NCBI GenBank assembly: GCA_011049045.1
Contig: DSCO01000022.1
Location: 1,260-65,259, forward strand
Direction: 5' to 3'
Length of the DNA stretch: 64,000 bases
Source: Methanomicrobia archaeon
GTDB taxonomy: Archaea; Halobacteriota; Syntropharchaeia; Alkanophagales; Methanospirareceae
Shown here: positions 59,118 to 64,000 of the stretch, one piece after another
Layout of the letters: every line of letters starts with the position of its first letter
Position numbering within the stretch: the stretch's first letter is position 1
Made by a program: the position numbers and the translations under genes
The notes under the pieces: generated by a model
Told to the model about the DNA's origin: nothing
The model's input: the letters and a program-made list of their open reading frames with translations, nothing else
The model's database searches: none

Positions 59118-59410
59118 AATAGCACTACATAAGTCAAGGCTATATAAATATTATTGACATTTATCTCACATCGATGTCTGTAACCACACGGGAGAGTTAA
59201 GTAAGAGATGCATATTGCATCCCGTGTTATGTGCACCTTAACAGTTCCCTTACTCACTTCGTTCGCCCCAACCTAACAGCATGAGTGCACGATCGTTATG
59301 GGCCTCATGGGCGTGGTGCCCGTGCTAATCCTCATGGGGTGGGTTCACAGGCGCTAACCTCGCTGCTACTGTGAAGAAAAATGCCGATTGCAAAAGGGGA
59401 ACACTGAGCC

Positions 59411-59521
59411 GCAAGAGCTGGTCGTTCTAAAATCCGAGATTTTACCCCTAAGAAGTTTCTGCCTGTGGTACGTGCTCCGAAGGGCAGAAACATCTTTAGC
59501 GGTCGCCCGACCAGCTCTTGC
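59411..59521. ncRNA. candidate structured RNA (or DNA cruciform): three-way junction closed by a perfect 14-bp helix
   Basis: gcaagagctggtcg (59411..59424) pairs with cgaccagctcttgc (59508..59521). Inner hairpins are 59428..59444 (7 bp, triloop) and 59451..59495 (9 bp + 3 bp around one A-A mismatch). No ORF of 60 aa or more on either strand. Confidence 0.3.
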
Positions 59522-59713
59522 TTTGATTTGAGCAGGGCATGTTCAATCCGTTTGATCGAGCGAAGGAGAAACCTTCACTCTTCCCGTTGAATTTAGGACG
59601 AGAGACTCCGCTCTCGTGCTCTCGGTAAAACAAAAAAATTAGAGGGGAAGAAGAAGGGGGGTGGAGGAGGCGGATAAGGCGGCGAAGAAGAAGAAAGAAG
59701 AGGAGAAGAAAAA

Positions 59714-60031
59714 ATGAGAAGAATGAAGTTTGTAGTAAGGAAAGTGAAGGAGTGTTTGGTGAGGGAAGGTGTGGTTTTTAGTGTGAGAAAGTGGGGTGGT
59801 ATTGGAAAGTGTAGTGAAGTGATAGTTGAAGATGTGGGAGTTTGTGAGAAGAGATGTGTAAGGTGGATTGAGAGTAAGGAGGAGTTAAAGGAGTTTGTGG
59901 GGTTGAGTGGGTTGAGAAGTGTGGATGAATGGTGGAGGTGGTGTGAGAAGTTTGGATGTAATAAAGGTGGATGGTTGTGGGAAGTGAAGGTTGTGAAGAG
60001 AATGAAAGGGGGTTTGGAGTTATGGATGTGA
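59714..60031 (+). CDS. 105-aa protein encoded entirely by cytosine-free codons, function unknown
   Basis: ATG preceded by a polypurine/GGAGG-rich leader. There are no in-frame stops although all three stop codons are C-free and are frequent in the other two frames. All Arg codons are AGA/AGG. No Ala, Pro, Thr, His or Gln. Confidence 0.7.
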   Translation: MRRMKFVVRKVKECLVREGVVFSVRKWGGIGKCSEVIVEDVGVCEKRCVRWIESKEELKEFVGLSGLRSVDEWWRWCEKFGCNKGGWLWEVKVVKRMKGGLELWM

Positions 60032-60056
60032 AAAAGGTCCTGCGACGGTGGAGAAT

Positions 60057-60075
60057 CCGACGGTGGGACCGTCGG
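60057..60075 (+). other. GC-rich hairpin 26 nt downstream of the cytosine-free ORF
   Basis: ccgacgg-tggga-ccgtcgg (7-bp stem). Preceded by a direct repeat of cgacggtgg at 60043. Confidence 0.4.
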
Positions 60076-60202
60076 AGGTTAATGATTCTGGAAGAGCTCC
60101 TGGGGGGAGTGAGGACCTGTGGAGGTGTGTAATATGATTTATGATCCCTGGCATAGGCCTGCAACCGGGATCGAATCCTGGAGGGATCACAGGAGGAATG
60201 AA

Positions 60203-60382
60203 ATGAAAACCCGAGAACATTTCCCCACCCTGGACCCCTCAGTTCGTGAATACGTGCTGAGGGTAAATAAAGCCGACGAGATGCGTGGCGAACTCATCGG
60301 ACAGGCCTTGATCTTCGAGGCCGAGTTAAACGCCTGGATCGACAGAATGGAAAAACAGGAGGATGCCGAAGATGGCTGCTGA
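60203..60382 (+). CDS. hypothetical protein (59 aa)
   Basis: ATG at 60203 preceded by aggagg; lies within ORF 60119..60382. Confidence 0.45.
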   Translation: MKTREHFPTLDPSVREYVLRVNKADEMRGELIGQALIFEAELNAWIDRMEKQEDAEDGC

Positions 60383-60845
60383 AGATCTTGCAACGAAAGC
60401 GCAGATAAAGCGCCTGTACGCTGTCATTTACGCGACCCACAACGATCCGAAGGACTGGAAGAAAGAGAAGAACGTATCCTCCTTCGAGCGTTTGAGCCGC
60501 GCCCAGGTATCCGAATATATCGAGGAGCTCGAAGAGCTTGAGAATGAGCTCAAAGGGCGGAACCATCGGGAACTGAGCGAAGGCACGCAGCGCCAGGTAA
60601 CAACTACGCTCATCGATGCGGATGCTGAGCCCGCGGCTGAGCCGAAGACGGACCTCGTGGTGGCGGACCGCGAGCGCGAAATAGCGGACTTAGCGAGCAT
60701 AATGCGAGAATGCGCGCGCGCAGCACGCACAATCGTCGAGGACGAGCTCGCGAACGGTGGCGGGCTCACAGAGACCACCAAGGCGACCCTGATCGAGCGC
60801 TTCTCGGTGACGTTGTTCATCGAGGCGCGAAAGCGAGGTTTCTAA
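60363..60845 (+). CDS. hypothetical virus-like protein
   Basis: 160-aa ORF overlapping the upstream stop. The KAQIKRLYAV...LSRAQVSEYIEELE pattern is reminiscent of phage regulatory proteins. Confidence 0.5.
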   Translation: MPKMAAEDLATKAQIKRLYAVIYATHNDPKDWKKEKNVSSFERLSRAQVSEYIEELEELENELKGRNHRELSEGTQRQVTTTLIDADAEPAAEPKTDLVVADREREIADLASIMRECARAARTIVEDELANGGGLTETTKATLIERFSVTLFIEARKRGF

Positions 60846-60847
60846 AG

Positions 60848-61021
60848 ATGACCATCTGCGAGCGTGCAGAGAAGATCGAGAAGGAGTTAAACACGTTAAA
60901 TGCGCAAGGGATAACCTCAAAACTCATACAAGATCTTGGAGCCGCTCCTTTTGCAGTTATGGATTCTGAAGCCTTTAAGAGGTATCTGAGAGGAGAATTG
61001 GAAAGGGTGCTAATCAAGTAA
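60848..61021 (+). CDS. hypothetical protein (57 aa)
   Basis: ATG 2 nt after the upstream stop (MTICERAEKIEKEL...). Confidence 0.35.
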   Translation: MTICERAEKIEKELNTLNAQGITSKLIQDLGAAPFAVMDSEAFKRYLRGELERVLIK

Positions 61022-61489
61022 GTGAAGAAAGTACAGTGCAGGCTTGCGCCGCAAGCTGGAACCGGCTCCGCGATCGACCGCAAGCGCAGAAAGGCAGCGC
61101 GCGCGAAATTTGCCGGAAATTTGGTGGCATTGGCGACGCCGCCCATCTCGCCGCACTCCCCGCGCCCGTGCGTTCGCAATCCTTCTGGCAACTTCGAGCT
61201 CGTGCTGCGTGAACGGCAACAGGCGGCTAAGGTCACCGTGCCCCACAAACTCGTCTGGCATAGCACGCCGAAGGTCGCCCGCATACAGGCGATCGAGCCC
61301 TATTATTCCAACGGGCAGCTGCTCTTCCTCGATACCTGGAACCGTGATTATCCCGAGCTCGTGGAGCAGCTGATCCCCTACCCGCTTGCAGCGCATGACG
61401 ACGGGCCTGATGCGCTCGCCGGCGCTATCGCGCTGATTCTTGCGAATGAGAAGGCGCAAAGGCAGGTGCTTATTCCGCGTGCGCGATAG
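61022..61489 (+). pseudogene. C-terminal fragment of a terminase large subunit (nuclease domain end)
   Basis: VARIQAIEPYYSNGQLLFLD...LIPYPLAAHDDGPDALAGAIALI matches the conserved terminase C-terminal block (..HDD..DAL..A). The ATPase and most of the nuclease domain are absent. Confidence 0.55.
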
Positions 61490-62219
61490 CCCCTCTCGCT
61501 GTCGCGCTAACACTACCCGTTATTCCATCGCACGCTTTGAGTCTGTTCCGCGCGCGGCACTGCTGTCTGTCTCTGCCATGCCCACCGGCGCGCATTTCCG
61601 CCACCCGCCGCTTCATTTCCTCCGCTTTATCGCTTCGTCCTTCCACTTCACTGTTTCTTCCCCCGTAGTTCGCTTTCTCACAATCTTTATTCACAATTTG
61701 TAAGAGCCACCGCACACCCCAGATTGATTCCTGATCGCCCGTTTGACTTTGCGATTTAATAGCGGGTTTATTTGTTTACTGTATTTTTTCAATCGCCAAA
61801 ACATAGGTATTTAAGTACAAAATGCTTTCTAATAAATAAGAGAGGAAAAAAAGATGGAAATAAAAGCGATTGATAAGATGGTGGAAAAATCTTTAATAAC
61901 CTGTATAGATACGGGACTGTCAACTTGTTGGGGGTTGAAAATAGAACCATCAAAGTTAAACCGTGTATTGTGGAAATACGGTCTGATTTTCAAACTCAAT
62001 GACGGACTTGAAGACTTTTCAAAAGCAGAGACCTAGCGTGTAATATCTAATCCCTAGCCTAGTTCTAGGTATAGAAGCGCGATACGGGACACCGTTGTGG
62101 TGTCCCAAATTATGAGCGCTTACTCTTTGAGTCTATCCGAAGACATAGTGGCAGTATTAACAGCATTCATGTGAATAATTAATAAGAGTATTATACTTTT
62201 TTAAAGAGTCATCAGGGAA

Positions 62220-62408
62220 ATGAAACTGAGGAAGCTAATTACGGAACTTGAAACAGGTGGAGATTACGAACAGGCAAGGCAGGTAAGAGAAACATACCGA
62301 GGGAGCAAAAGAATGGTGGCACATTTGGGGATCTGGGAACTAATAACAGAGCTTGAAACAGGTGGAGATTACGAACAGGCAATTAAGGTACGAGAAGCAC
62401 GCAGATGA
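62220..62408 (+). CDS. hypothetical small protein with internal tandem duplication
   Basis: LITELETGGDYEQA(R/I)(Q/K)VRE occurs twice, in an AT-rich block. Confidence 0.3.
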   Translation: MKLRKLITELETGGDYEQARQVRETYRGSKRMVAHLGIWELITELETGGDYEQAIKVREARR

Positions 62409-62724
62409 ACAAATAATGGTAACAAATTCGTAAACATTTGACGAATGGGTATATAGTTATTACTTATTAAATCACCTATTCATTTTATGTTAACTACATT
62501 TTTCTTACATTTTATTTTCATACCACCGTCATCCACTACTTCATATATATCTTATACTCATTAACGAAGGGCTGATGTAGTGCTGCACAGTACCGAGTGT
62601 TTAAACAGCTTACTGCGCACGTGACACATTTGATTATGTGTGCATAATACGGGGGCGCAATCACCCCAGCTAGCGCATCCGGCCCGTCAATGAATGCCCC
62701 CCAAAAAATCGCTCAGAGAGATCT

Positions 62725-63057
62725 TCAATCGTTTTTTCGTTCGTATTCCATATCCCGCCCAGCCAGAACATGGGGTATTATTCCCGCTACCTGGTTTACT
62801 GACAGAATCGGGTATGTCTTAAACTTTATGTATGGTAAGTACTTCCAATTCTCCAGAGTGATCTCTTGTTCAGTCCCTTCACAGATGGCGTAACCGCCGA
62901 GTTCGCCACCAGCAAACATTCCCCAATCCAGAGTTATCCCCCGCTTTAAGTCCTCTTTGACCATGTTCACCATCATCGTCTGACTACGGATTTGCTCTTC
63001 AGGACTCTCAGACATTCTGGTCGTATCTATTTCCCAAATTGTTAGAAACTTTGCCAT
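62725..63057 (-). CDS. hypothetical protein
   Basis: About 110-aa ORF (MAKFLTIWEIDTTRM...) with an upstream aaaaagggagg SD-like sequence. Confidence 0.5.
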   Translation of the reverse strand: MAKFLTIWEIDTTRMSESPEEQIRSQTMMVNMVKEDLKRGITLDWGMFAGGELGGYAICEGTEQEITLENWKYLPYIKFKTYPILSVNQVAGIIPHVLAGRDMEYERKND

Positions 63058-64000
63058 CTTTACCACCTCCCTTTTTGGATTTTATCCACTACGTTGTAGA
63101 TAGGTAGGAGTCAAATAAAAACGTTATCCAAGTTTGGCGTCACCAAAACTTTTACGGATATAAAAGATGCATGTAGCGGCATGCTCTCAAATTTCTATGT
63201 TCCCTCACCACCTGTAAAAACGGTATAGTCAGTGTGCTGTACTGTTCGGAGCGATGTGCAGGTGGCGTAAATCCCGCCCACTCTTGCGCCGCATCATGTG
63301 GCATTCGCGGTGCCTAGCGATGCTCCGCTCTCGCCTCCGTGTGGCAGAGCTCGCGCACAACATCGTCTACGCGGTCGCACACGACGCGCTCGCCGGCGAG
63401 TTCGCGGTCTGCAACGGCCCGCCGGGGTGCACGCTCCGAAGCTGCGCTCAAGGCTCGCGCTGCTCGTGAAAAACGGCATGGCGAACGCATAACACCGTGC
63501 GGCGTTCGCTGCTTGCGGTAAGGCATCCGCGCGTGCAGCTCAGCCACCACTGCGCGCTTCACGTGTGAAGAAAAAAAGAGAAGAAACCTAACGTTTGTAT
63601 CCTGAACACAGCCCTCAACAATACCGCGGGTCGCTTGCCCGCGAAGGCGCTAAGGCGGTTCGTCTTTGCACGCATGCACGCATAGTAACACAGCCCGCCC
63701 AATTGTACACGGCGGCGCCGCGCCGTCAATATATCCGTCGGCACGTACTAACATTTGCCGAAACTTTTATAGAGAATGTTAACGAAGTATTGAGCACAAG
63801 CAGTTTAATGATGGGAAAATTTAGATAACGGGGAGGTAACCCAATGCCCAAGGAAACAACCCGGAAGGTTTCCCGCTCCAAACGGGAAAAGATGAATTAC
63901 ATCAGGTCCTTTCTTACCTTGGTTGGTACCTTTATAACTTGATGAGAAGGGCATGTCAAGGGGGTTGCGCATCGCCTGCCGCTCACGCAGGGCGTTCGCC

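Larger units (their letters stand above)
47104..64000. mobile_element. mosaic accessory island downstream of tRNA-Glu (plasmid/virus-derived remnants; right end not in window; no integrase seen)
   Basis: Abrupt change from conserved housekeeping genes to small unknown ORFs, gene fragments, paralog repeats, alternating GC-rich and AT-rich blocks, and a terminase fragment. Confidence 0.5.

Noticed and set aside
59298-59357. 19-codon hydrophobic mini-ORF (MGLMGVVPVLILMGWVHRR) as a type I toxin
   Set aside because: It is too short, and there is no RBS or conservation evidence. It is mentioned only as an alternative within the structured-region finding.
59632-60038. C-free tract as the product of C-to-T hypermutation or bisulfite-like conversion of an ordinary gene
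   Set aside because: Conversion would give a T-rich strand, but this one is purine-rich (mostly G and A). It would turn CGN Arg codons into Cys/Trp/stop, whereas the 10 Arg here use AGA/AGG. It would also create in-frame stops from CAA/CAG/CGA, and none are present.
59260-60040. Retron or DGR-like element (structured ncRNA next to a compositionally odd template)
   Set aside because: No reverse transcriptase gene is present in the window, and no second, diverged copy of the C-free sequence was found.
59778-60164. 128-aa ORF on the minus strand, antisense to the cytosine-free gene (Pro/Thr/Ser/His-rich)
   Set aside because: The minus strand is G-free there, so TAG and TGA cannot occur and only TAA can stop translation. 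A long open frame is therefore expected by chance, and the sequence is low-complexity.
62457-62565. 109-nt + strand tract with only two G (a C-poor minus strand), a possible second base-exclusion element
   Set aside because: It is not strictly base-free, lies in very AT-rich intergenic DNA where this is much less surprising, and contains no open reading frame on either strand.
63254-63562. Mutually overlapping 60-82-aa ORFs on both strands in a very GC-rich patch
   Set aside because: No frame stands out, no motifs are recognised and no start context is evident. This may be a gene fragment, but it cannot be called.

Overview
GC-rich archaeal chromosome segment, probably a Methanomicrobia/Halobacteriota-type lineage: it has A-type ATPase, family B polymerase, coenzyme M biosynthesis genes and a PGF-CTERM sorting signal. 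Positions 1-47.0 kb look like ordinary core genome. They carry a TrxR/PDO redox pair, a complete futalosine (mqn) menaquinone operon, two NitT/TauT-type ABC transporters, uracil-DNA glycosylase, atpA/atpB, MetRS, an ACT protein plus homoserine dehydrogenase, and Hsp20. They also carry a CoM cluster (cysteate synthase, fused ComDE, DUF39-ferredoxin), a large phosphate block (DUF47-pit, pstS-phosphoesterase-pstCAB-phoU), hypE, hypA with an Mrp/MinD-type ATPase, tungsten-type AOR, a glutaminyl cyclase, a decayed DUF72 gene and an MCR component-A2-like double ABC ATPase. A tRNA-Glu(CUC) at 47029..47103 is followed to the window end by a mosaic accessory region. That region holds RHH and zinc-finger small ORFs, a wHTH protein with internal iteron-like repeats, three ArsR-like wHTH paralogs with a secreted repeat peptide, IS-associated and peptidase fragments, a UbiA prenyltransferase, and an operon of a P-loop-less RadB paralog, a coiled-coil protein and an exonuclease-dead family B polymerase. 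It ends with a C2H2 protein and virus-derived genes including a terminase C-terminal fragment. The strongest anomaly is at 59684..60038: 355 consecutive nucleotides with no cytosine on the + strand, framing an intact 105-codon ORF, preceded by a polypurine leader and an ORF-free region of nested perfect helices. Second: trxB is broken by a 36-bp insert flanked by a perfect 38-bp target duplication, the geometry expected from an off-target CRISPR spacer integration. No rRNA genes and no bona fide CRISPR array are seen. All functional calls rest on motifs read by eye, not on database searches.
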